A stretch of DNA of 64,000 nt from a virus (taxonomy: Duplodnaviria > Caudoviricetes), in the IMG/VR virus record IMGVR_UViG_3300001765_000076, positions 1 through 64,000 of that record; one strand, 5' to 3'. The notes beneath the pieces are model-generated. The model was not told the DNA's origin. It saw only the letters and a list, made by a program, of their open reading frames with translations, and made no database searches. Below are positions 26,362 through 35,900 of this stretch, piece after piece. Both the position numbers and the translations under genes were made by a program. Each line of letters begins with the position of its first letter. The stretch's first letter is position 1.

Positions 26362-26751
26362 TTAATTTTTTGAGGTGTTTATTTGATCATCAACATGGAT
26401 GTTGATTTTGTACCAACTAACGTGTTTTGCTTTGTTTTTTATTTTGTAAGTTACTGGTCCATCGGTCTTTGCGAAACTATATATGCTATCATCTATCGGT
26501 TCTAGTTTGCGATTTACGTAAATAGTATCTCCGTTGTGTGTATATTTATATATTAAAACGGTTGGTTTGTTTTTTAATAATTGTATTGAATCTGAAATCG
26601 CATCTAATGTTTGTTCTCTGACAACCTTCCTTGCTTCGTATTCATTTGATAATTTCTTACCACTAGTCCATAAAAATAAACTAAAACATCCAAACATTAG
26701 TATTAATACCCATTCGGCAATATTGACAAATAATTTACTTTTCTCACTCAT
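26362..26751 (-). CDS. membrane-anchored hypothetical protein
   Basis: N-terminal TM helix. Confidence 0.6.
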   Translation of the reverse strand: MSEKSKLFVNIAEWVLILMFGCFSLFLWTSGKKLSNEYEARKVVREQTLDAISDSIQLLKNKPTVLIYKYTHNGDTIYVNRKLEPIDDSIYSFAKTDGPVTYKIKNKAKHVSWYKINIHVDDQINTSKN

Positions 26752-26777
26752 TTCATTGAAACCGTTTTTTAAATTTA

Positions 26778-27500
26778 TTATTTTGAATTATTATATAGAT
26801 CTAGAAATATAGATATCTTCTGTGCCGCATAACCAATAGCTGCCTCAGCATTTTTATTGGGTTGATTATTAATATAACTCACCCCCAAAAAACCTAAATC
26901 TACGTTACTACCACTTATTGCTGTCATATATAAGTATTTAACATCGTTCTGTATCATTCTTCCAGCTAATTTGCTATCTATTTTTGATAGATCGTTTAAG
27001 TTTCCTTTAAATAGCTTATTACTAAATACGTAGTTTACAAATGGATACCTAGATAAATTCATTATCCCATATTCCTCGGCTATTGTTCCTATTTTGGGGT
27101 CTATTATTTGTTCGTATGTTATTTCCCCGTATATAAATGGTAATCCACTTGGGTTATTTGAACCATTATGCATTTCTATTACAAATACTCTATCCGCTTT
27201 TGAATCAATTAATAACTTTAATAGTATTGCATCTATCCTTGGGTTTATTTCATTTAACCTCAGCTGCATATTACTATTGTGTTTTTCTAGTGCTATGGAT
27301 GTCTGCTCTTTTATGACATCTTCTGTTACTTTTTTCTGATTTAAAAATAATCCTATTGTTAAAATAAATAAGACAACTACCATGAACCCACCAATAACCC
27401 TAAATATTCCGTATTTTGCTATTAATTTAACCGCCCTCTCCAGTATTCCGAATTTATCATTTATTTGCACATCACTATCTACTGGCTTTTTCCTAGTCAT
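26778..27500 (-). CDS. single-TM protein with GAF-like C-terminal domain (possible T4 T-like holin)
   Basis: one TM followed by ADRVFVIEMHNG...; topology resembles holin T. Confidence 0.4.
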   Translation of the reverse strand: MTRKKPVDSDVQINDKFGILERAVKLIAKYGIFRVIGGFMVVVLFILTIGLFLNQKKVTEDVIKEQTSIALEKHNSNMQLRLNEINPRIDAILLKLLIDSKADRVFVIEMHNGSNNPSGLPFIYGEITYEQIIDPKIGTIAEEYGIMNLSRYPFVNYVFSNKLFKGNLNDLSKIDSKLAGRMIQNDVKYLYMTAISGSNVDLGFLGVSYINNQPNKNAEAAIGYAAQKISIFLDLYNNSK

Positions 27501-27551
27501 CCTCTCTGTTTTTGTTTTATTGTTATTTTATTTTTAAAAAGAGAGGATTTC

Positions 27552-28967
27552 CTACCCTAATATTTCGCGAATTTTATCAAGATTTTCTTTTATATATTTA
27601 TCTTCTGATTGTTTTGCCATGTTTGTTGCAATACCCATTTGGTCTTTCTGACTGTAACTGTATAGATTTTTAATTCTATTGAACTCTTCAGCTAATTTAA
27701 CTTTATTTTCATGACCTTTGATAACACCATTGTTTGAGTAGTTATCTATTTTCCATTCAACTAAGTATTCATCTTGGCCTTTATCTTTCATTATGAACTG
27801 ATTACCATCTTTCTTGTAATCTTCTGGAATTAAACTGAACATATGGTTTTCGCCTAGAAAATTTGTATTTTTGAAATTCAATCGTTTCATTTTTTTAACA
27901 TCAACCCCCTCAAATGCTGTAGGCTTCTTTGGTGTTTCAATGTATTTAGATGTTAGACCACTATTTTTAAGTGTATATTCATTGTCTAGTTTTTCTTTAC
28001 TAGATGCTTTTGAGTTTTTATAGAACTCTTTTGACCCAGCATTGGTTGTAGCTTCGTCATCTTTATCTGCGTTGTTACCCATTTTCGGACTACCTTCTAA
28101 ACCATCTTTTACTCGATCTTTAAATTCGTCAGATGGTTCCATACTGTACTCTAGGTCTAGATTGCTTTTATTGTTATTAAAACCACCTTTACCAGTATTA
28201 AATTTTACGGGTTTACTATCACCCTTAATATTATTTTTTAAAGATGCTTCTATCTTAGTTAGGGTCTCTTTATTAGATTCCTTATTTGACTTTGTATTGC
28301 TTTTAGTTACGTCTGGACCGAGAACTGGATTGTATTGCAATTCACTCTCTTTCAACATTTCTTTGATTTGCGTACCAGTTAAAGTAGTTACCATATTGTT
28401 TTTATTTTCATTTTTTTTTCTATTGGCATCGTTCATTGTTAATAAAATATACGTCGATATTTTGTTTGAGCTTTCTTCACCATATTTATTTATAAATTCT
28501 TTTTCTGATATCCCTAGATTTTTAGTTGAATTTTCTGTGAACTCAAAAATATAATTATCGTAATTAGCTCTAATTGGCGTATTTCCATCGTTTCTAAGCA
28601 CTGGAACGGTTTTCCTTAGTGAAATTGAACCATTTATCCTAACATATGGTGTTTCTTTTGAAAACATAGCACCAACACCTCTTAAACCAGTATCTGAGAA
28701 CTTTTCATATTTAATAAAATCTTTTTTGGTTTGATTTAAATACAATTTTAATCTTTTTACGATATCATCTTCTTTTAAATTATTAAAATCATAACCAACT
28801 TCCGTTTCGAAATGAATGTTTACGGAATTATCTTGCATGTCTATTGATTTAGCCCGTTCAGTTGCTGGATCGTTTTTGACTTTATTGTATAAGTCTTCAA
28901 CTTTATTTGAAAAAATACTCTCTTTCAACATTTCTTTTATTTGAGCTCCACTGATGAACTTACCCAT
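27552..28967 (-). CDS. late hypothetical protein with duplicated N-terminal motif
   Basis: ISGAQIKEMLKES and LTGTQIKEMLKES. Confidence 0.7.
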   Translation of the reverse strand: MGKFISGAQIKEMLKESIFSNKVEDLYNKVKNDPATERAKSIDMQDNSVNIHFETEVGYDFNNLKEDDIVKRLKLYLNQTKKDFIKYEKFSDTGLRGVGAMFSKETPYVRINGSISLRKTVPVLRNDGNTPIRANYDNYIFEFTENSTKNLGISEKEFINKYGEESSNKISTYILLTMNDANRKKNENKNNMVTTLTGTQIKEMLKESELQYNPVLGPDVTKSNTKSNKESNKETLTKIEASLKNNIKGDSKPVKFNTGKGGFNNNKSNLDLEYSMEPSDEFKDRVKDGLEGSPKMGNNADKDDEATTNAGSKEFYKNSKASSKEKLDNEYTLKNSGLTSKYIETPKKPTAFEGVDVKKMKRLNFKNTNFLGENHMFSLIPEDYKKDGNQFIMKDKGQDEYLVEWKIDNYSNNGVIKGHENKVKLAEEFNRIKNLYSYSQKDQMGIATNMAKQSEDKYIKENLDKIREILG

Positions 28968-28981
28968 GTTATTAATTTTAT

Positions 28982-28990
28982 TATAAATAT
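28982..28990 (-). promoter_or_regulatory. putative late-promoter motif ATATTTATA
   Basis: 14 nt before ATG 28967. Confidence 0.6.
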
Positions 28991-29031
28991 AATTGTATTT
29001 TAATTTTTTTCTTTTTTTAATGAATTATTTT

Positions 29032-29487
29032 CTACAATGAACCTATTTTCCTACGTAATGGCGCTGTAAATGGAATTTCATAACTACCACCGACTGAACT
29101 ACATGAATTTGTACCACCAGCATCAACGCCACCACCCATATCACCACCACCTTCTCCTTCTTCCACTATAGTTTGTTGGTTATCTGGAAACATATATGAG
29201 TATAACCTACCTAGTTTTCTTTCGAAATTGGCTTTTGGTACTTTAAGTTCTTGATTTTCAACTCTGGTTATTAAACCAAATCTATTTAATAAATTGATAA
29301 CCTCATGTTTTTTATAACCTAACATTTGCCAAAAATTACTTGGTATTTGACTGTGAGAGTCGTTCGAAATTAAATTATATAAAAATAGTTTAACTTCTTT
29401 ATTAAATTGTTCTTCAGTTATATTGTTCTGTAGTTCTGAGTGTTCTCTCAATATAGATATTTGAGATTCGGTTAATTTTATATTCAT
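29032..29487 (-). CDS. hypothetical late protein
   Basis: MNIKLTESQISILRE leader. Confidence 0.65.
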   Translation of the reverse strand: MNIKLTESQISILREHSELQNNITEEQFNKEVKLFLYNLISNDSHSQIPSNFWQMLGYKKHEVINLLNRFGLITRVENQELKVPKANFERKLGRLYSYMFPDNQQTIVEEGEGGGDMGGGVDAGGTNSCSSVGGSYEIPFTAPLRRKIGSL

Positions 29488-29499
29488 TCTAATAGTTGT

Positions 29500-29706
29500 T
29501 TATTTAGATATTGAGTCAGCCCAGAAACTTTTTCTCATCCAAAGTAGTTTGTATAACTCCTCTATAACCTTAGCTGATAGCGTTTTAACTTTAGCTTCAA
29601 ATTCCTTTGATTTTAAAAACTTAGATTGTTCATCATCTATCATTTTCTTAACATCTGCTTTGGTTATTTCTTCTTTAATTATCTGTTTAATTCGTTCTTT
29701 GGTCAT
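29500..29706 (-). CDS. hypothetical late protein
   Basis: IKQIIKEEI leader. Confidence 0.65.
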   Translation of the reverse strand: MTKERIKQIIKEEITKADVKKMIDDEQSKFLKSKEFEAKVKTLSAKVIEELYKLLWMRKSFWADSISK

Positions 29707-29721
29707 TTAGATTGATTTTAC

Positions 29722-29730
29722 TATAAATAT
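29722..29730 (-). promoter_or_regulatory. putative late-promoter motif ATATTTATA
   Basis: 15 nt before ATG 29706. Confidence 0.6.
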
Positions 29731-29796
29731 AACTAAAAACAAAAAAGCTAGACTTTCGATCTAACTTTTTCAATTTATATTACGTAATTATTATAT

Positions 29797-30306
29797 TCAA
29801 CCAACATTATTTTGATATTCAGCTAACTTCGTATCCCATTCACTTGAAAATTGTTCTTTTAACACCACCAATTTACCTAGTTTATCAGCAGCATCTTTTG
29901 TTAGCAATACGGAATCAGCCCAAATATATAGTCCACCACTTTGATCATTGTATCTAAATTGGAATTTTAAATCATTTAAACCAGTGATAGCTGCACTAAA
30001 AACTACATCGTTATCTTCTGGGTAAACTATCAATGAATTATCATCGGTTTTAATTGCGCCAACGAACTTAGTCATGTTGTTTTTTAATTCAACAAAATAT
30101 GGGTCGTTTTGAGCTATCTTAACTTCTTTTTTTTGAGGTTCTTGCGTTTCAACCGTTTCAAACTCTTCGTTTAATTTGGTTTTTAATGTTACATCCCTAG
30201 TCGTTGTACGCATATCACTAAACATCTGCCTAAAAACCGTATCTTCATCTAATTGTTTTCGTTGATGTTTTAACCCTGTTATTTCATCTATGATGTATCT
30301 AGCCAT
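29797..30306 (-). CDS. hypothetical late protein
   Basis: 169-aa ORF. Confidence 0.65.
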   Translation of the reverse strand: MARYIIDEITGLKHQRKQLDEDTVFRQMFSDMRTTTRDVTLKTKLNEEFETVETQEPQKKEVKIAQNDPYFVELKNNMTKFVGAIKTDDNSLIVYPEDNDVVFSAAITGLNDLKFQFRYNDQSGGLYIWADSVLLTKDAADKLGKLVVLKEQFSSEWDTKLAEYQNNVG

Positions 30307-30318
30307 TTTCTAATTTAT

Positions 30319-30327
30319 TATAAATAT
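30319..30327 (-). promoter_or_regulatory. putative late-promoter motif ATATTTATA
   Basis: 12 nt before ATG 30306. Confidence 0.6.
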
Positions 30328-30357
30328 ATTTGTTTTTCTAATTTACTGGTTTACTAA

Positions 30358-31047
30358 TCAATTATTTTCCAAAATAGCACATCTTACCTTTTTTATGCTA
30401 CTTTCTATGATGTTTGAAACGGACATTGATGTTATTTTGTATTTCTTTGATATTTCACCGATATTCAACTCTTTTTTATCGCAAATACCATAATAGTGTT
30501 TGATTATCTCAGATTCCTTTTCGGTTAGTTTGTTTAAATGTAAAATTACATCGTTAAATAAATTTTCAGTTACTTCTTGCTCTGTCTCTATTTCTTTATC
30601 TTCGTAGTAACTATGCATTTGTGCATTCCCTAACGACATTTCACCAATTAAAAACTTTTCAACGTCCTCGTTTTCATCTAATATCAATTCAGTGGTAATT
30701 TCTTCCCTTTTGCTTTTTTCTTTTATTAGTAATATCATTGATTGTCTGATCCACCAATAAGCAAATGTTGAAAAATTAAAACCTTTTTTACCTTCGAACC
30801 TATCGGCTGCCGTAATTAGCCATTTATTACCCTCTGCCACTAGTTCACTGAATTCAATACCCTTATCCTTGTATTTGTGCGCTATACTCAGTACGAGCTT
30901 TAAATTGGCTGAAACCAACTTATTTCTAGCAATTATATCACCTAGTTTAATTTGTTTGCTTAGCTTCTTCTCATCTCTCAATGTTAGCTGTTTGATTTTA
31001 TCAATATCTAAACCGTAGTACGGTAAATTATTTGTATATTTTTTCAT
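30358..31047 (-). CDS. sigma70-family RNA polymerase sigma factor
   Basis: ARNKLVSANLKLVLSIAHKY...ELVAEGN...ADRFE...GFNFSTFAYWWIRQSM (region 2); LTEKESEIIKHYYGI...IGEIS (region 4). Confidence 0.9.
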   Translation of the reverse strand: MKKYTNNLPYYGLDIDKIKQLTLRDEKKLSKQIKLGDIIARNKLVSANLKLVLSIAHKYKDKGIEFSELVAEGNKWLITAADRFEGKKGFNFSTFAYWWIRQSMILLIKEKSKREEITTELILDENEDVEKFLIGEMSLGNAQMHSYYEDKEIETEQEVTENLFNDVILHLNKLTEKESEIIKHYYGICDKKELNIGEISKKYKITSMSVSNIIESSIKKVRCAILENN

Positions 31048-31048
31048 T

Positions 31049-33451
31049 TTAATAATTATTATTCGTAATCGTTGTAATTGAACTTATATTATTTGTTTTA
31101 TTTATTACTATACTTCCACCAGTATGCCAGTCTTTAATATCATCGATGTGAGCTATATGTAGTATGAATTGATAGTTTTCTTCAACTTTTTTATACATAT
31201 TTTTTATGTTATCATAGTTTTCACTCGCTACGCCAGCTAGTATTTCATCTAATACAATAAAGTTTGGTTTTGGCATTGTCGATATACTACCCAGAACACA
31301 CCTTAAAGCTAGTGCGGATGCCGTTTTCTCAAAACCAGATGCCCCAGCTAAATCTGATGCAACGTCATCTTTTATTATTTTAAACTCGACATCGTTTTTC
31401 TGTGTTAAATAAACTTCAACATCAAAATCGCAAACATCATCTAATAGTCTACTTAGCTCTGAATTTATAATTGGTAGGGTTTTCTTCAATACCATTTTTG
31501 ATATTCCGTTCTTACCAACCATTTCAAGATAGACTTTCCAATTTTTAATTAAAACTAATTCACCATCTATTTCAGTAATTATCAGTTGGTTTATTTTAAC
31601 TTTCTTATCTAGCTCCGTAATATTTCTTTTGCCATTTTCAATTTCTTTCAGTTTATTATCTCTTTCGACCGAAAAACTATTTAGTTTAGCGTTTATATTT
31701 ACTAGATTTAAATCAATTTTATTGTTTTGGTCTATTGACTCCTTGTTGTTGTTATATTCCTTGATTTTTTTGTCGTTTTCCCTGTATTCACCCCTTAGAT
31801 TTTCGATTTGAACTGGAATTATGCTAATTAAACTCTCTAGTTTTAGTTTCCTATCATATAATTTTTTATCACCCTCGATTTTTTCAATTTCTAATTTATT
31901 TGAATTTAATTTTGTTTTTGAACTAATACCTTTTTCTGTTAAGTTAACTATTTTTAATTCATTTTCTTTTATTGTTTCAGTATTATCTAGACCATCATAT
32001 TTTCTTTTACATGTTGGGCATACCTCGCTTTCAATGAGATTTTTATTTGTTGACTTTAATTGAATTATCTGATTTTTAATTTCATTTATCTCAATGGAGA
32101 TTTCTTTATCTAGTTTTACCTTTTCTTTATAGGGTTCTTCGTTAAATTGAACTTCTCTTAATGTCTCAAACTCTGTGTTATGTGTTTCTAATTCAGCTTT
32201 CTTTAAACCAGCATCCGTTTTTATCCTCTCTAGCTTTATATTTGTACTATTGATGTCTAATTTTAGTATATTTTGATCTATCTGCTTTTTCGATGATAAT
32301 AACGTGTCTTTGGTTTCTTGTTCGTTTTTAATTAAACTATTTAATTCAGTAACCCTATCATTTAGTAATAAATTATTTTCTTCGTTGTTTTTTATTGATG
32401 ATAATGAGTTGGTTATCTCGGCTTCCAGCGTTGTCTTATCGTAAGTCCTTGATTTTAAACCTTTTTCAAACTCTTTATATTTATCTTTGGCTAATTTATC
32501 TTTTTCTTCTAGTGGAAATAAACCAATCCATTTTGATAATAACCTACCTTTTTCTGTATTGCCAGTTTTAATCAAATCGTATAAATCATCTGATGTAGCT
32601 GAAACTATCATACTGAAATCTTTTTCACTACCAATGGCTTCTTTTATGATTTTATTGGTTTGAATTGAGTGTTCGCCCTGCTCGTTTATAGTATTATCAG
32701 CTAGTTCTTCTTTCTCTCCGTTTATAACTTTGTAGTATTTAACTTTTTGTGAACCGTCACCCCACTCACCAGTTTTTTTTCTAGCTCTAGTCACCAGTCT
32801 TTCAATTACATAGTCACTACCATCTATTTTTAAACCACCAAAAACTCTGAATGTCGGAACATCTAAAAACTTATTGAATATCTCAGATAAATTATATGGC
32901 TTTTGTGTTTTTCCAAATAATAAAAATGAAATTAAATCGATGGCCAGTGAACTTTTTCCGATTTGGTTCCTATTTTCACCAGAACCAGTAACCAGGGTCA
33001 AACCATTTAGTTTTGTAAAATCTATTCTGTTTCCTTCTCCATATGATAAGAAATTATCAAATTCAACCCAATCAATTTCGTATTTACGATACTTGTCATA
33101 AATATCATAATCTATTTTTGAATTAATTTCTGAATCTATTTTTTTAATGTGTTCGAAATCTACATCTACTATTTTGTTTTCATTGATATAATCATTGAAT
33201 AACTTGATTTGAAACTTTGGGTCTTGAATACTATCAATTACTTCTGTTGAAACATCTATCTGTTCGCCTAAATCATTGGTTTTCACTGCTTTAAATGATA
33301 CTTTTATAGACTCTTTTGTAATACCATATCTATCTGACATAATAGAAATGATATTTTTCTTTGCTTCATGAGAATAATTAATTGGGTTATCACACCACTC
33401 AACAGCTATTTTAGCTTTCTTACCTATTTTAATTTTATTATTATTTTCCAT
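31049..33451 (-). CDS. sbcC: SbcC/Rad50 (T4 gp46-like) SMC ATPase
   Basis: FDNFLSYGE, GKSS Walker A, coiled coil with CPTC zinc hook, ASGFEK signature, IVLDE, H-loop. Confidence 0.88.
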   Translation of the reverse strand: MENNNKIKIGKKAKIAVEWCDNPINYSHEAKKNIISIMSDRYGITKESIKVSFKAVKTNDLGEQIDVSTEVIDSIQDPKFQIKLFNDYINENKIVDVDFEHIKKIDSEINSKIDYDIYDKYRKYEIDWVEFDNFLSYGEGNRIDFTKLNGLTLVTGSGENRNQIGKSSLAIDLISFLLFGKTQKPYNLSEIFNKFLDVPTFRVFGGLKIDGSDYVIERLVTRARKKTGEWGDGSQKVKYYKVINGEKEELADNTINEQGEHSIQTNKIIKEAIGSEKDFSMIVSATSDDLYDLIKTGNTEKGRLLSKWIGLFPLEEKDKLAKDKYKEFEKGLKSRTYDKTTLEAEITNSLSSIKNNEENNLLLNDRVTELNSLIKNEQETKDTLLSSKKQIDQNILKLDINSTNIKLERIKTDAGLKKAELETHNTEFETLREVQFNEEPYKEKVKLDKEISIEINEIKNQIIQLKSTNKNLIESEVCPTCKRKYDGLDNTETIKENELKIVNLTEKGISSKTKLNSNKLEIEKIEGDKKLYDRKLKLESLISIIPVQIENLRGEYRENDKKIKEYNNNKESIDQNNKIDLNLVNINAKLNSFSVERDNKLKEIENGKRNITELDKKVKINQLIITEIDGELVLIKNWKVYLEMVGKNGISKMVLKKTLPIINSELSRLLDDVCDFDVEVYLTQKNDVEFKIIKDDVASDLAGASGFEKTASALALRCVLGSISTMPKPNFIVLDEILAGVASENYDNIKNMYKKVEENYQFILHIAHIDDIKDWHTGGSIVINKTNNISSITTITNNNY

Positions 33452-33490
33452 TTGTGTTATAAAACTATTTTATTATTTTGAATTACAACG

Positions 33491-33522
33491 CAAATGTACG
33501 AAAAACTTTTGAGATAACCAAA
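33491..33522 (-). promoter_or_regulatory. Bacteroidetes sigma-type promoter
   Basis: minus strand TTTGGTTATCTCAAAAGTTTTTCGTACATTTG. Confidence 0.8.
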
Positions 33523-34413
33523 TTAAATGGCAATAAAACTTATTTGGTTACCATAACCAGTACCACTATCATTTGTCGCATATGCTCTAACGTGATAAGT
33601 TAATCCAGCAGTTAAACCAGTTATTTGACCAGTAAATGATGCGTAGGCTTCTGTATTGGTTGTTTTTGAATTTGAAATTGTCGGTAAAACACTTGTAGAC
33701 CAACAAATACCTTTCGTATGTACACCAGTAAGACCTTCATCTATTACATTTCCACCACTCATAGCGGTATTATTAACTCTATTTGTTACTGCGGTAGTTA
33801 CCAAAATCGGAACTGAAACGCAGCCATATACGGAAGTTGATTGATTGTATGATGGCGAATTTGGGTTTATATCAACTGAATAAATAACTTTATAGCCAGT
33901 TTCCTCATTGCAATCATTTAATTCTTTATAATACCAACCATCACCAGTACCATTCCATACCTCATTTGTTTCGATATCACTTATAGCCCACATTGGATCT
34001 GTATTTGTAGCACAACCACTATATTTAGTTTCATGGTCTAATCTAAAAAATTCTAACCCAGTAGTACCAGTTGATGTATCAAATATAACCCTATCTTCTA
34101 TTGGTGAACCCTCATTATCAGTATAACCAGTTGTAACTAATTTATTTATATATGTTTCAACCCAACCCGTAATAGGAATTTCATTTGTACTAACACAAAT
34201 ACCATTGTCAGTTGTATTTATTGAATAATTTGGGTTGGCGTTTTTATATGATGTTATATACATACCAGTATTGGTATATCCAGTTTTTCTCACCCCGTAT
34301 GACTCACTGCAAGTACAACCAGTTATTTCCTGATTGTACTCATAATATAAATATTGTTTAATTAAGCAAATACCACCATTGGTATCACCAGTCATTCCGT
34401 TTAATAGGTTCAT
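33523..34413 (-). CDS. Thr/Gly-rich protein with C-terminal Fn3-like repeat
   Basis: SGGNV...GICWST..PT...GLTYHVRAYATN..GTGYG. Confidence 0.7.
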   Translation of the reverse strand: MNLLNGMTGDTNGGICLIKQYLYYEYNQEITGCTCSESYGVRKTGYTNTGMYITSYKNANPNYSINTTDNGICVSTNEIPITGWVETYINKLVTTGYTDNEGSPIEDRVIFDTSTGTTGLEFFRLDHETKYSGCATNTDPMWAISDIETNEVWNGTGDGWYYKELNDCNEETGYKVIYSVDINPNSPSYNQSTSVYGCVSVPILVTTAVTNRVNNTAMSGGNVIDEGLTGVHTKGICWSTSVLPTISNSKTTNTEAYASFTGQITGLTAGLTYHVRAYATNDSGTGYGNQISFIAI

Positions 34414-34475
34414 TTGATGTTTGTTTCTATATATGTTTTTTTTTACCTATAATGCATTTAAATTATAAATCAGGA

Positions 34476-34507
34476 CAAAGGTATAACTAATATTTGACAC
34501 TACCAAA
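34476..34507 (-). promoter_or_regulatory. Bacteroidetes sigma-type promoter
   Basis: minus strand TTTGGTAGTGTCAAATATTAGTTATACCTTTG. Confidence 0.65.
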
Positions 34508-34582
34508 CATTTTTGATCATTTTACCAAAAAAGTTTTAGTTTAATACCAAAATAGTTAGAATTAAGTTTTTTGGATTTATTA

Positions 34583-35845
34583 TTACGTCCAGCTTGTTAT
34601 TGGTGTTCTTTTCCACACATTATTATTTACACAAACATAAATATAATCGGTACAAAATCTAATGTCACCTGCAACTCCAGCGCTAGTTGCAGTATTAGGA
34701 GCATCAGACATTGATGGGTTTAACCTAACTGCAGACCATGTACTATCGCCATGCACCCCAGTAGTTGCCACTTGTAGTGTCATTTGAGTATCGCTAGATA
34801 TATGTTCTATTACATGAGGCTCATTGAATATATATCCATCTGGAGCTGATGGTTGTTGAGTTTTTAGAAGTATAGTGTCTCCATCTGAATATGATGAAAA
34901 ATTTGTTCCAGTACCATTTATAGTCGTAGCTCCAACCGCAAATGCATTTATAGTACCAGTTGGTATTGGAGCTGTTCCTACTATATTTAAGTCTCCTTTA
35001 AGGTAGGTTTTTGTATTTGTATTCTTACCTATTGTTATAGTGTTAGAACCTTTTCCAATTGCTCCAGCTCCGATAACAATTTCCTCAGATACCCCAGCAG
35101 CAGAAGCAACAGATCCAGAACCTATAAATATATTATTATCTCCAGTGCATAAATCTCCTGCATTTTTACCAATAGAGGTATTATAGTTTCCAGACACATT
35201 GTCGTTTAAAGAGCCTAATCCTATTGAGGTATTTCCATAACCTATAGTGTTTCTAGCTAGGGAATTACCACCAACTCCTACATTATCTATTCCAGTAGTA
35301 TTATCCCTTAATGATGTATGTCCCAAAGCCACGTTTGAACTGCCTGTAGTGTTTGACGTTAAAGAATCAATACCAAGTGCTGAATTATTACTACCAAATG
35401 TATTGTTATCAAGAGAATTTGACCCAACAGCAGTATTCCCATACCCTTGATTTTCAGTAGTCCCACCAACTCCATTATTGGTTAATGCACCAACACCTAT
35501 TGCAGTATTTCTGAGCACACCAACTCTAGCATTTAATAATGCATTTAGTCCAACACTGGTGTTTGATGTATCTATTGACCCAGTAGACCCATTTACTGAA
35601 CCTAATTTAACAGTTCCAGTAAATCTTGGGTTATCTATAGTTGCTTCCCCAGTAAATGACATGTTTGCACCATTCAGTAAAATAGAATCTTCTATTGTTA
35701 CTATTCCAGTAAATGTTGGATTATCAAATAAATTATTCTTTGTTATTGTTTTGTTTGCATCTGCGCCAGTGCCTTCTAACACACATAATTTAGTATTTGC
35801 ACTACCTGATGTTATGCTACCTACTTCCGACCATTTTTTTCCCAT
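34583..35845 (-). CDS. tail fibre/spike with trimeric beta-roll repeats
   Basis: about seven 14-aa repeats of N(T/S)A(V/L/I)G-x2-(A/S)L-x2-NTTG. Confidence 0.75.
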   Translation of the reverse strand: MGKKWSEVGSITSGSANTKLCVLEGTGADANKTITKNNLFDNPTFTGIVTIEDSILLNGANMSFTGEATIDNPRFTGTVKLGSVNGSTGSIDTSNTSVGLNALLNARVGVLRNTAIGVGALTNNGVGGTTENQGYGNTAVGSNSLDNNTFGSNNSALGIDSLTSNTTGSSNVALGHTSLRDNTTGIDNVGVGGNSLARNTIGYGNTSIGLGSLNDNVSGNYNTSIGKNAGDLCTGDNNIFIGSGSVASAAGVSEEIVIGAGAIGKGSNTITIGKNTNTKTYLKGDLNIVGTAPIPTGTINAFAVGATTINGTGTNFSSYSDGDTILLKTQQPSAPDGYIFNEPHVIEHISSDTQMTLQVATTGVHGDSTWSAVRLNPSMSDAPNTATSAGVAGDIRFCTDYIYVCVNNNVWKRTPITSWT

Positions 35846-35865
35846 AATATTATTATTTGTTTTGT

Positions 35866-35874
35866 TATAAATAT
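35866..35874 (-). promoter_or_regulatory. putative late-promoter motif ATATTTATA
   Basis: 20 nt before ATG 35845. Confidence 0.6.
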
Positions 35875-35900
35875 ATTGTTATTTTATTTTATTCGTTTTT

